A stretch of DNA of 64,000 nt from Octopus sinensis. Lineage: Eukaryota. A program made the position numbers and the translations under genes. Location: the NCBI RefSeq assembly GCF_006345805.1, contig NC_043000.1, forward strand, positions 68,820,001 to 68,884,000, written 5' to 3'. The notes beneath the pieces are model-generated. The model saw nothing but the letters and a program-made list of their open reading frames with translations, was not told the origin of the DNA and did not search any database. Shown piece by piece: positions 12,311 through 24,261 of the stretch (the stretch's first letter is position 1; every line of letters begins with the position of its first letter).

Positions 12311-12926
12311 TGAATAAATATTACAAATGAGATGAGGTATCTCCCTCAACCTGTCATGTAATTGAATCAAAAGGGATCTCTACATTAGAATTCAGCTGCC
12401 ATTTTACACTTACATCCATGAAGGGATCACAAGCCACCTTACTCTATAGAATTCTTGTATTTTAAAATTAATTAATGAAGATTAATAATAATAACCGTGG
12501 AGAGGATAATTTTGGCTGATTGGCCAGACCTAGCCTGAGAGCTATAGCTTGTTCATTACATAGAGGCTCAAATCACATCCATGATCCTTTAAAAGGAAAA
12601 ATACATAGGATAATATACTCTTAGTTTAATACTATTTTGGAATAACATACAGGTTAGTCACAGTGGGAAAGTCTTTGATCATTGATCTGCTTGATCAGGG
12701 TTAACTTTGGTTTAAACAACCACCACTACTGCAACCTATCATATAATAATGGGATGTAATTATTAACTGGACTTCTCCAAACTATTTCTCTTCCTATGAT
12801 TCTGAGAAAGAGAAGAACAAAAAAACTTTTAATTACTGTAAACTTCTGAATTTATGCTTTTTATTAAAAAAATTATTCTGAATATTTTAATTTTTTTTAT
12901 TTTTGCAGCCAAATAAATTAAAAAAC

Positions 12927-13149
12927 ATGGATAGATTACTCCAGCGACTGTTGCTGGGATTTGCAGCTGCGCTTTATCTTGTTACGCTTGCAGCAGCCTG
13001 CAATGATGCCATCTGTGCAAGTCGAGTAAGTAAATGTCAACTAATCAAATGTTGTGAATGCGATATGACAGACAAAAAGAATTGCACCTGTTGTAATGAC
13101 TGTCAGATCTGCTTATCTCGCCTTTATGCAGAATGCTGTTCTTGTGTAG
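12927..13149 (+). CDS. TWSG1: Twisted gastrulation (Tsg) BMP-binding protein, coding exon 1: signal peptide plus N-terminal Cys-rich domain
   Basis: MDRLLQRLLLGFAAALYLVTLAAA|CNDAICASRVSKCQLIKCCECDMTDKKNCTCCNDCQICLSRLYAECCSCV matches the Tsg family pattern CNxAxCASxVSKC...CxC...C.CC..C..CL..L..ECCxCVG. The acceptor ttttgcag ends at 12908 (18-nt UTR before the ATG) and the donor GTAAGT is at 13150 (phase 1). Confidence 0.96.
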
Positions 13150-13553
13150 GTAAGTTGCACATCTTGCTGTCTTCAGTTCCTGCTTTTGTAGTATTGTTGA
13201 TAGTGTGTGTATATGTGTGTGTGTGTGTCATCATCATCATCATCATTTTACATCTGCTGTAAACTCATTGGATAAATTGTTGCAGTCCAAGTCAGTTCTT
13301 ATTCACAGTTCCTGCCCTTCTAGATTGGTCAGACTACTACCCACCCCACCTGTATGTTTCATTTCTTTAACATTGTTTCCATGGCTAAATAGCCCTCCTA
13401 ACAAACCACCTTATAAAGTGTGTAACACACATACACACACATCAAATCATTTGTGACATATAACCTAGTACAATTTGTTGCACGGTTCATCAGTCACTAA
13501 CTGGTAACCCTACCAAACTTGTTTGGTGAAGAATGATTTGGGACTCTCTAGAG

Positions 13554-13829
13554 CAGTGGTTCTCAGGGGCAGTGGAAAGTTCCAAGGGGGTGTTGAAGAA
13601 AAGTGGAGCAATAATAGGTAGCAATTCATGTAAAATGTGGGGCAATAATGATACATGTAAAAACAACAAAATAATGAGTTTGTTAGGTTGTTTAATTTGT
13701 GAAATACAGTTGCTTTGAATTTGCTTCAGAAAGAGGTCTATGTTTGTGTTGGTTACTTGGGGTGGGGGCACAAGGAATGTAGCCTGGGTGTCAAGGGGCC
13801 GGCAACCCAAAAAAGTTTGGGAACCACTG
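13554..13829. mobile_element. hAT (Charlie-type) MITE, 276 bp
   Basis: TIRs CAGTGGTTC/GAACCACTG. The flanking 8-mers CTCTAGAG and TTCTAGAA fit the NTCTAGAN Charlie target-site duplication. Confidence 0.85.
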
Positions 13830-16800
13830 TTCTAGAAGATAAGCTTGGCTGAGTCAGTGACCATCGAATAATGTGTACACTTGCATTTTAAGTGTGTGTG
13901 CATGTGTAGTTAGTAACATGTTCATATTTCATTCAAATGACGTATTGAAGAAATAAGTACCCATCATCTCCACTGCCCCAAAATTGGCAGCAATAAGTCA
14001 CTGAACATAACATGTATGGGTGGCAACAATGGAAAATGTAGAATAATATTTTGTATCCTTGACACACCAAGTTGAATAGTACTGTGAGGTCTGGAGATCC
14101 TTTGAGCTATTCTGGCTGTCTTTTGTATTCTGGTATAAGCTCAGTTCTTTTGGCTTTATCTTGCAACTAGGCATATGGTGTAAGAATGAGAAAGTGAATT
14201 TGGTGTGCATGTAGCTCTTTTCCACTATAGAAAACAAAAGAAAAACTTGTACTAGTCTAGTATGAGCGTAACCACTCATCAAATTTAACAGGTGAGCTAT
14301 CATACACACACACCTGCTTACTTGCTTATGATTATCTACCAAATCTTCTTCATTAGTGGTCATTTGGTAACTATATGTTGCAGGTTTAGTTGCACATGAG
14401 GCATGTACACATTTGGTTAGAAAGGCCAAATATTACTGCATGCCTCTTTGCTTGTTTCTCTTTGTAGTGGTAAGTGCATACCTCCTCTATAGCTTCAGTA
14501 TCTGTCAAGCAGTGAGGCCACCAAAATAAGCCGTAATTAACAATGTCTTTCATTCTTGAAGAATATATGTTACTCTTCGTCGAAGTGATTTTTAGCTAGT
14601 CTTTGAACTGCTTCACTTGTTCTCTGGCCAGGTTTTGACTTTAGTGTAGCTGTCCAAACAAGCTTTTACAGAGAAGACTCTAGTCATCTCCATAGGATCC
14701 TATTAATTCATATTTGTATAGTATGGATTTAATTCTAACAGTGTTGGTTTGTTGGAAGATTTCCTCTTTGTAGTATAATTATCTCATTGAAAATTTGATT
14801 ACTTATAATTTTAATCATGCTCAGAAGATTCTCCTCTGTCACACTCATCTCATATCCTGCATGCTGTCATTATCATGATGACTCAATTTTGAATAGAGGT
14901 TTCATGTGCATTACTACTTGTTCAAGGTGAACATTCAAACTTCTGAGGAAAAGGTGATGTCTGACATGCTAAGTTGTATTTCACATTAACCATTTTACTC
15001 TGTACAAGTGCATACTTTAATAAAGTACATTGCTCTCTAACCACCAGTAATTCTTACTACTGTAAAAATTAAGCAGCTGTTAGTTAATTTGATAATCATT
15101 ATAATTATTTGTGTATATTTAGAAATGAGAATAAGAATCACCACTGATAACCTGATTTTGAAGCTAATTCTTTCAATGCTTCTTTCTATGCTGATAAAAA
15201 GTAATCAAAAAGGTTATTCAATTACACTGTCTGTATCCCACCTCTGCATATATTCTATCATTAACTGCTGCTGACATCATGGTATCATGGTGAAGTTTTT
15301 AACTTCAAATAGATAGATGTTTCTATATTGGTTTCAAATGTATGCATGCTAAGTGGTTAAAGTGTTGGATTACAAATGTGGAATTATTCATAAGTTCAAA
15401 TTCTCTGACTTACATTGTGTAGGCACTGTTTCCTGTTTATTACAGTTGGAAACAGATTGAATTTGATGAGATATGACTGTAAAATATTTGATTAGTTAAT
15501 TCAAATTTGTGAAAGCCCATCTTCAGATATATTAATTTGGTTCTTTTTTCTGTAGCTAATTCTCACCAAAGTTTTCTTAAATACAATCCACGCAACTCTT
15601 TCATTATGTTTAACATTCTCAACTAAACTTCAGCTCAATGTTATGCTTAAACCCTTTTTAATCATAATTGTTTCTTTTTCTTTCTTTCTTTTTTTTTTGA
15701 TTGAGTGGTGGGGTATTATGACTTCTCATAAACTCAGCCATTTTTATTTTTTATTGGTTTCACAAATATTTTTATATTTCTAGTATGTTAGTTTAGCAAA
15801 ACAGCTTTGTATTTTCTGTGTACACTTCTTTCATATTAGCCCACTTAGTCATTCTAAGTCATATATTTTATATCTATCCCTATCAGAATAAGCTATATTT
15901 TAATGATACTTTTTTTTTTTATTGATCTCCAAATCCATACAGTTTTCGCTTCACAGCTCCAAATCCTCACAGTTTTCGCTCTTACAGTCTATTTCTTCAA
16001 GGTACCAGTTGATTATTTTAGTCCTGTCCCAATTAGATTACCACTTGAGTAGATATTGTACGAACCAGCTAATCATACCCTTGCATCTTCTGGTTTCACT
16101 ATCATTTAGCAGGTACCAAACATGTGATACATGCATTTTATAATCTACTTTGTATCAAGCAATTAAATGAGGGTATCTGTCTTTTGGTCAGAATCATTCA
16201 CTCTGTCGCTTGTATTTTGTATGCTGAATCTGATAATGCAATGTGAGTCTTATTAATTTTGGTGCTTAGTTTACCATGATTTCAATGATTATGAAAATAA
16301 CTTTAATTAAAGAATGCTACTTTAATGGGACAAGTACTTTTGTCTAGTTTGACAGTCATATTCTCTAGCATCTCATCAAATATTGATTAAATCTATTTAA
16401 ATTTATCAATAAAACAATCTTAAAGAACTTGAACTGTCTTTATTTCAACTTCATTAAGAAAAGGAGTCATGAATTTATTAATGTGTTATTTTATCGGTCA
16501 AAATAACACAACTCCTTTCACCATCTCCTCTTCAGTTACAGTGTTCTATATTGATGTTATGTTGCTTCTCTCCTCCACTTCCTACTATATATTGTTGAGG
16601 TTATGCAATAAGGACACTGGTGTGTCCTTATTGATTTAACAAACTGACAAACACTAAAACCAAATTTTAAAATTCAGATTGCAGTATCATCATCATCATC
16701 ATCATCTTCTCCTTCTCCTCCTCCTTCTTCTTCTTCTCCTCCTCCTCTGTCTTCTTCATCTTCTTCCAGTAGTCTGGTCTTGGTTTTTATAGCTAGGTAC

Positions 16801-17716
16801 CTACCAAAAAATTTTGCTTCGTACTTTTAAGTACATAAATGTTTGGCTATAAGCAAGAACTATTTGCTTTTTACTTGTATAAATAGTGTTTGTGGGAGGA
16901 AGGGAGGAGAAAGGAAGAAAGTTATATTTCTTTAGAGAGCAACTGTAATACTTGCAGTTAGACATTTTGGCAGTTGATCAGGCCAAAGGTGTTTATAAAC
17001 ATGCCACTTAAGAAGAGATTTTAAGTTTGGTAGCTTCTATAAACTGTCTTCAGTGTTGCTAAGGCAACACATCTATATTAGATACACTTGATACAAGAGA
17101 CACAGAGTATCAAAAGATGTGTATTTAGGTTTTTGTAAATAGTTGGCAAAATAATATGAAAACATAAAGATGCATTCCTTGATGTATGTTTATTAATGTT
17201 GATCAAGGTAGTTTGTATTAAAGCTTACAAAATTAAAAACAACTTTGTTTATACAAGAATGTTAAAAACATCATATTGGGCTCAGTATCCAGCTTAACAA
17301 CTTCAGATTTCAAGTCAAAGACTTAAGAATATTATATATATGTATATATGTTTCGAGAGAGAAAGATTAAAAGAAAGAGAACAAGAAACAATAGAAGAAA
17401 CTAGATGTCAGATATCTCTAGCAAGGAGCTGAAAATAAAAAGTTGGCCAGTGTTCTGCAGTAAGAGGATCAGCAGCTTTGAGTTGTTTCATATTGCAAAG
17501 TAATGTAATAGTATAAATCCAAAAGCTGGTTAAAGTATGTGCACAATGGTTAAGAGGCACAGTTGTCCTCACTGGTGCCAAAAAGAAAGAGGCATAGAAA
17601 TAGCAGTATGGGAGTTTGCTGACTGCCTGAAAGTGAGATGGCCTACCCTAAGTATCCTCAACAGGAAGACCAATTATTAAAGTTGATAGTTAATAGCTAA
17701 AAGTGGAGTTAAAAAT

Positions 17717-18760
17717 ATGAAGGCAGGGAAAGAAGCTGTACTTCCAAGGAAAGTTGTTGAAATGCTGAAAATATTCAGTAATGCAGGAGATACACAGGTG
17801 AGTGACTTGTATAGTCAATCTGATAGTAAAGGGTACATTGAACTGTTATCATCAACAGGTTCAAGGTCAAAGAAATGTTTCAGGAAGAAGCTGTTGTAGC
17901 AATGTGGGAGTAAAAATAATTCAATTTTAATCCCTATATGGTTATGTGGGATTTTCAACTCAGAATCAGCCTTGCTGATGTCAGTATTCCCATTTGGAAT
18001 ATGACAGCCAACAAAAGGCATAGCATTGCTGCATACATAAGAGTTATTCAGTTATTCTTTATCTAATGGAATTCATTTAGTAATGCAGCATATATATATA
18101 TAGAGAGAAAGAGAGAGATGAGAGAGAGATATAGAGAGATAGATGCTCATAACACACATGTCAAAGATACACAAATTATATACAACAGATATGTATGTAT
18201 GTTGTCAAAATGAAATGTATTATGCAAAATATAACCAAAGCTACTTATACAGACATCAAATTGATGCTTTTGTTGTATGGAAGTAACAAAGTTATTGCAC
18301 AACTGATTCGGGAGAGAACCAACTTTTCTGCAATGTTGTTTCTGTTTGCATCAAGATGTGGTACTGCTAATGCTCCCTTTTTAGAGAAATAATTTCAGAA
18401 GCTCCTGGGTATGAGAAAGCCATTGTACTTGATATTCATCAATCTGAAGAGGGTTTTTGGCTGAGCACCACTCTGTAATCTAGTAGTCTCTTAGAGAATT
18501 AGGTGTAGCTAAATGGCTTTTGAGCACCAGTCAAGCCAAGTAAATGGTATTAGCATAATGAGAATTAGTAATGAGTTCAATGAGGAATTTAGCATGCAGG
18601 TAGATGTCCATCTAGGCTCAGTTCTCAGTGCCTTATTATAGTAGTCCAGGTCTTGATAAAGGATTTTTAAATGAGCTGTGGGAACTCCTGTCTGCCAATG
18701 GCCTATTTCTCAGAGCTATATCTGAGAATTAGAGAAGAAATCTGCAAATTGAGCTCATCA
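17717..18760 (+). mobile_element. Heavily decayed RTE reverse-transcriptase remnant
   Basis: MKAGKEAVLPRKVVEMLKI resembles MKTGKAPGPSGIxAEMLK. 18380-18720 carries decayed LYLxFxDLEKAF, VGVHQGSVLSP and PWELL-like motifs with many stops. Confidence 0.6.
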
Positions 18761-18769
18761 TTGATTTCC

Positions 18770-18985
18770 CCATTCACTCAATAGCCTGAACCTGGTGCCC
18801 TCCAACTACCACTTGGTCAATTCAATGACTTTAGGAGTCTTCAAAGTCTTTAGGAGCAATAATTTGATGGCACAAATGAGGTTGTGAAGATGTAGGTACA
18901 ACAATGCACACCTGAATTTTTTTGAATTCAGCAATGGTACAAATACATTACCTGTAATGGAAATTATGTTGAGTAGTATGTTTGT
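18770..18985 (+). mobile_element. Decayed mariner transposase C-terminal remnant
   Basis: cattcactcaatagcctgaacctggtgccctccaactaccacttg resembles HPPYSPDLAPSDYHLF. Confidence 0.5.
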
Positions 18986-21204
18986 ACAGAGGAAGAGTTA
19001 CTCTGTCAACATCTGCAATTTGAATGACCTGTTGCATACTGCAAAGCAGTGTAATAGTGTGAATCAATACATTGGGGAAGAGTATGTACACAATGATGGT
19101 AGCATATTTGTCCTCACTGATCACCAAAAAGGAAAGACATGAAAACAGCTGTATTTCATTGCAGGTTAAGCAATCACATAAAGGTTCCTTCATTCATTCA
19201 TTAATTGTTTTTGTTGGGCATTAGGTCAGCATTATTGAGCACATACTATCAAAGCTATTCCAGCCATTACTACTTCTTTTCCTGGGTACTGGAAATCCAG
19301 AACTATAGTTTTCAATGTGTTCCTTCATTTAAAAGGTAGTAGGTGTTATTTAAAGGAAATTTAGTTGCTGATTTTAGCAAAACAACTACCATTTAGTGGC
19401 TTCTCCTATTAGATTGAAGTAGTGGCTCTGGAGGTAAACATGTTAGGTTTGGTGGGAGTATAGTATTTCATTGTTATTTCCTTGTTTTGTTTAACCCTTT
19501 TACTAAATTTCTGTTGGATTACACCCTCTTTATTTCAGTTTTGTCTATAGACTGCAGGCTTATGGTGCTTAGGGTCTGGCTTTGACCAGACCTATAGGTC
19601 AGTTAGATCTGAGAAGTCATAAGCAAGGGGATTTGTTTCACTTAGAAATGGGCAAAGAAGAAATTATCCTTTAAAAGTTGGACTGAATTGGTTAATGCCT
19701 ACCTTTCCTCAGTAATGTTATGGTGTTAAATTGATAGTAACTTGCATAGGATGTGGGCTTTTCCTAGTGGGGCTATTTTTTGGATAGTGTGTAGTGTTGT
19801 GAGTTCAGATATGGCTTTTACATTTTTGTTCATACATTTTTTTTTATCATATCCAATGCTAAATTTACTAAAACATCCATGTCATAACGAAGCTGGGACA
19901 TAAATTAATATGGAATTTTAATTTAGATCACTTTATATAGAAAGTTTGTATCATTAGAAGCAAAGGTGGTCTTGGGCAGTTTGGTAACAAAAGGATTAAT
20001 GCTCAATTATATTTCTGTTATTGTTGATTAGCTTCAGGTCAGACCTAATCAAGAAGTACTATCACATGCAGGTAGTAAACCAAACAATGAGGCATGGCTC
20101 ATTGATCCATTTATATAATGTCTTCATCTAGTATGCTGCATGCTCAACCTACACTGATGAATTATATCAGATGCAATGTGACACTGGATATATCTACACT
20201 CTCTCCACTATCCAGCCTATTCCTAATTCTGATGATGGCTACAATAGAAGCAAGTCAGGTGGATTTGGTCACAGTGTAAGAGTTGCATATATTGGTAGTG
20301 TGCATCTCTACATAGTGTTTAGAACCAGTGCAGCTGTTATGTTGCAGCTATTTCTCTGTATGTGTTCTTGTTTCTTATGCTTATGTAAGTTAAATGGAAG
20401 AGATAGTGTTTATAGGGTGTAATTGTAACATTACTTTAAAGTATTGTATATGTGTCTGGGTGTTTGGAGGCAGTTTAGGAGGCCTCTATGTGGTTGCTCA
20501 ACCAGTAAGGCATTACACTCAACTCTTCCTCAAATACTACTCTACCATCATGAAAAATAATTAAAGATACAAGATATTTCTGTTGCATGTGGTGTTATGT
20601 TTGATGTTGTCTTTGTGCTTTTATCATATTAAGATTTCAGTTTTGTAGTAGGATGGGGGTGCTTGTTATTGTTGTCATGGAGGATATGTTGTGAGGAAAC
20701 TTCTACAGTTATTTTGTTGAATGTGTCATGCTGTTTTTACATTACTGATAATGTTGTTGTTGGATTTTGAAAAATGTAATTCTGAATCTTAGCAATGTAA
20801 TACCTCTAGAATTTTTAAAAAGTTTATGAAAGTGGCTTTGTTTTGGCTATTTATATGTGCATTTTGAAGAAGATGATGGATGGTCAGAGCAGAGTTGAGG
20901 GTTGTTCATTTTGTTAGGGATAGATGTGTGGAGCAGGAAATGATGTCTGGAGAGGAGTTATTTTAGTAAAGTTAGTTTCATAGGTGAATGGATTATTTTA
21001 ACTGTGGAGATTTTAATTACAGTACTGATGCATCTATTTTTGTACCATTCTTTAAAGTCTTTTACTTTTCGTGTATGTTAAGGTGTTGTTTGTATGGAGT
21101 ATTAATGTATCAGATGCATGAGTTTTATGTATAAGGCATTTGTCTTACCTTTTCTTAAAAAGATGTTCTTTTTCAGAAAAATTATTATGTTTTTCATTTT
21201 CTAG

Positions 21205-21414
21205 GTTTATGTCCTCCACCAGATCCAAATGAAGTCCCCTATAAAAGTAGTTCAATTGAAATCCTTAAGGATCCCATTCCAGACTTGTTCAATGTTTTAA
21301 CAATGGAAGAGGATGTACTTAAGCGATGGGCTTCTTACCACTATCAAGTTCGGTCAGATGCGATCCATTATACAATGGACAGACTTTCTGAAATGGAAGC
21401 AGGAGTTGGAATGC
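21205..21414 (+). CDS. TWSG1: Tsg coding exon 2 (end of N-domain and linker)
   Basis: Acceptor ttttctag at 21204 and donor GTAAGT at 21415; 210 nt, phase 1-1. It translates (G)LCPPPDPNEVPYKSSSIEILKDPIPDLFNVLTMEEDVLKRW..., matching the Tsg motif GxC...S..E.L..PIP.LF.ALTE....W. Confidence 0.93.
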
Positions 21415-22252
21415 GTAAGTAATTCTTTTCATTAGAATAGTTACAGTGACTTCTGTAATGATTTTTGTTCTTTCAATGGGTGCTGATCCTATTTTCTTAA
21501 GTAAAAATATTAAATAATGTCATCAGGTTACTAGTAATGATAAGGCTTTGATTACAATTTTCTGTGCTTTACAGGTCTCTCTTTCTCACTTTTTCACATT
21601 CATAGACACACATGTGTTTACAGTATGAACACAAGAAAGTGCTTCAAAGCATTCTCCCAAGAATCAATGAAATATCATAGTTCGCTATGATCTGACATTA
21701 ACTCTTAGGTAGATACTCTGTTGTTTTTCCCCAGTAGTAATGAATTTTAACATTTCTAAGTAATGGGTATGGACATATATATATATAAATGCCCTATGGG
21801 TCTGGGTTTGGAAAAATAAGAATATTGTAAACCTCCGATATAAATAAAATATTTATGTGTATATGTAAAAATATTATACTTGCAGAATATCATCAATAAA
21901 ATAAGTACATTTTAAGCCCTAGAACTGATATAATTGACTAGGCACTTCCCTCAAAATTTGAATTTTTGAGTCTGTTACTGTTGTTATTTTTATCTTTTTT
22001 ATTATTATTTCTTTCTGTGGTATGTTTTTGTTTTGGAGCCATTGCTGCAGAGGATGAACACTTACAAGATGGTAGGCTTGCAACTCAGTATCTGGAGAAG
22101 TAAATTCCATACCAGCCAGGTGTGATTTCTGTCTATAGACTGCAGGCTTGATTAAGGTTCTTAGGATCTGGCTTGGACCAGACCTTATAGCTCAGTTAGA
22201 TCTGAGAAGTCATAATTTTTATCATATCCAATGATAAAGTTTTATTATTATT

Positions 22253-22612
22253 AAGGCAGTGAGCTTGCAGAAACATTAGCACACCAGGTAAAATACTTAG
22301 CGGTATTTCATGTCTTTACGTTCTGAGTTCAAATTCTGCTGAGGTCGACTTTACCTCTCATCCTTTTGGAGTCGATAAATTAAGTACCAGTTGCATAATG
22401 AGGTCGATCTAATTTACTGCCTCCCTCCCCCAAAATTTGGGCCTTGTGCCTAGAATAGAAAAGATTACATTCTGAATTCAAATTCCGCTGAGGTCGACTT
22501 TGCCTTTCATGGTCAATAAATTAAGTACCAGTGAAACACTGGGATTGATGTAATCAACTATCCCTCTCCACCAAATTTCTGGCCTTGTGCCATTACTAGA
22601 AAGGATTATTAT
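22253..22612 (+). mobile_element. tRNA-derived SINE, full copy plus partial second copy
   Basis: AAGGCAGTGAGCTTGCAGAAACATTAGC head, B-box-like GAGTTCAAATTC and core TCATCCTTT..GTCGATAAATTAAGTACCAG, repeated at 22468-22612, with an ATT tail. Confidence 0.85.
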
Positions 22613-23111
22613 TGAGTGAGGGAGCAGTGCATGCCATCAAAGTGACACTGGAGTAAAATATACAAAGCTCAGTATACCCATTATGACTAACCATTTGATA
22701 AGAGCACATCAGGCACATGCATCACAACCATGCTGATCTCATATCAAGATAAATAGTGCATGACCTTGCAGGTGGCGCCCAGTTAGAATTTTCTTCAGTT
22801 CAAGTAGCCCATCCCACTCAAAAGGTTCCTGAATAAGGGTTGTTTAAGGGTGTTGAACGAAATACTCGTATTTCTGGAGGTGAATTATTCAAGCCCCAAA
22901 GAATTCCTCTCCAACACATGGCTATTATGCTCTCATACTACTTTTGCTTGTGATCAGAGATGCACATATTATCAGCCACCACAGGACATGCTCAACTGAT
23001 CAAACAAGTGACAAGCAAATCTGTGGTATTGAGCAAAATATTTGCTCTAAAGCATGTACATAATAACACTTCCAATCAGTTAAGATCAGAAGAAATGAGA
23101 CCCAGTGCCTG
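22613..23111 (+). repeat. Interspersed repeat of probable retroposon origin ending in an (ATT)n tail
   Basis: A ~500-bp block of higher GC than its flanks, followed directly by (ATT)n. The family could not be named. Confidence 0.45.
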
Positions 23112-23130
23112 ATTATTATTATTATTATTA

Positions 23131-23220
<90 letters not shown>

Positions 23221-23230
23221 TAATAATAAT
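23112..23230. repeat. (ATT)n-(AAT)n palindromic microsatellite junction
   Basis: ~57 bp of (ATT)n directly abuts ~60 bp of (AAT)n. The symmetry centre is 23168/23169. Confidence 0.9.
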
Positions 23231-23454
23231 AAAGCCAGCAAACTGGTAGAACCATTAGCATGTTAAGAGGCATTTCTTCTTGAGGCATGTCTTTATGTTC
23301 TGAGTTCAAATTCCACCAAGGTTGACTTTGCCTTTCATCCTTTCGAGTTTCAATAAAATAAGTACCAGTTGAGTATTGGGGGGGTCAATGTAATCAACTA
23401 ACCCCTCCCCTTAAAATTACTGACCTTGTACTGAAATTAGAAAGAATTATTATT
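23231..23454 (+). mobile_element. CpG-decayed tRNA-derived SINE
   Basis: Same family as 44674-44905, with CG to TG/CA changes (tatgttctgag, ccaccaagg). Confidence 0.8.
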
Positions 23455-24011
23455 CAGTTGTTCATTTCTGTTGTGTGCATTTACTGTTGTACCAAGTATT
23501 GCTCTATGCATCCTGAGTAATTCAATTAGTTTGGTTATGCATTTTCTAATGTATTGGCAGTACTTTTCATCATATGCATGAAGTGTTTGTCTATTAGTGC
23601 TATTTTCTGTGAGTTGTGTTGTATCTATAGATCATAAGGTTCTGGTCATATATTTGTCTATATAGTTTTAATCATTCATGGGACACCTGTTATCATAGGA
23701 ATTGTTTGTTTTCAGTTCTACTTTATATTAGTATAATTTCTGTTTTTTCATTAAGAGACACATTATTATCTGTTGGGACTGATATTTCAGTCAGGAGGCT
23801 CTTCTTTCTTTGGTTGTCCTAGACAAAAATATCCAGTAAGTGAGCCTTTATCTTGTTTGTATGGATTGTTATTAATTTCATGCTGACAGTTTCATGCAAG
23901 TTCCTACTGCATAACCAAGTACACTTTCATATTCCTGAGGTATTTGCACTATTATTTTGACAGATGTAGATTTGTGTTGGTTTATTGTGTTAGCTTTGCT
24001 TTGCTATATGG

Positions 24012-24261
24012 CAATGTTTTTCAACTATTTTTTGCCTATGGACCCCTTTGATTCCTATTTCACTCGGGTGGACCCACAAAGCTATTCTATGTTTTAAAAA
24101 ATCCTATTAGATTTTTATGAGGAAATATTAAGAGGAATTGTATTAAAAATTTTTTTTATATATTTTATGTATTGTAGAAGTATAACCTAGTTATTGCACA
24201 TAAATTTTAACAACAAAATCTATATATGAACCCCCATAGGGACCCCAGTTGAGAACCACTG
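24012..24261. mobile_element. hAT-type MITE (decayed)
   Basis: Ends CAATGTTTTTCAAC / GTTGAGAACCACTG. No clear TSD. The same 3' end occurs at 48436-48450. Confidence 0.65.

Noticed and set aside
13150-13262. ORF 12903-13262 continuing past the Tsg N-domain (KLHILLSSVPAFVVLL..., hydrophobic)
   Set aside because: This is read-through into intron 1 past the GTAAGT donor at 13150. Homology resumes in exon 2.
20222-20262. CTGATGA-TGGCTACAATA-GAAGC-AA-GTC hammerhead-like string
   Set aside because: GAAA is mutated, there is no convincing stem II and stem I is weak. At best a dead relic.
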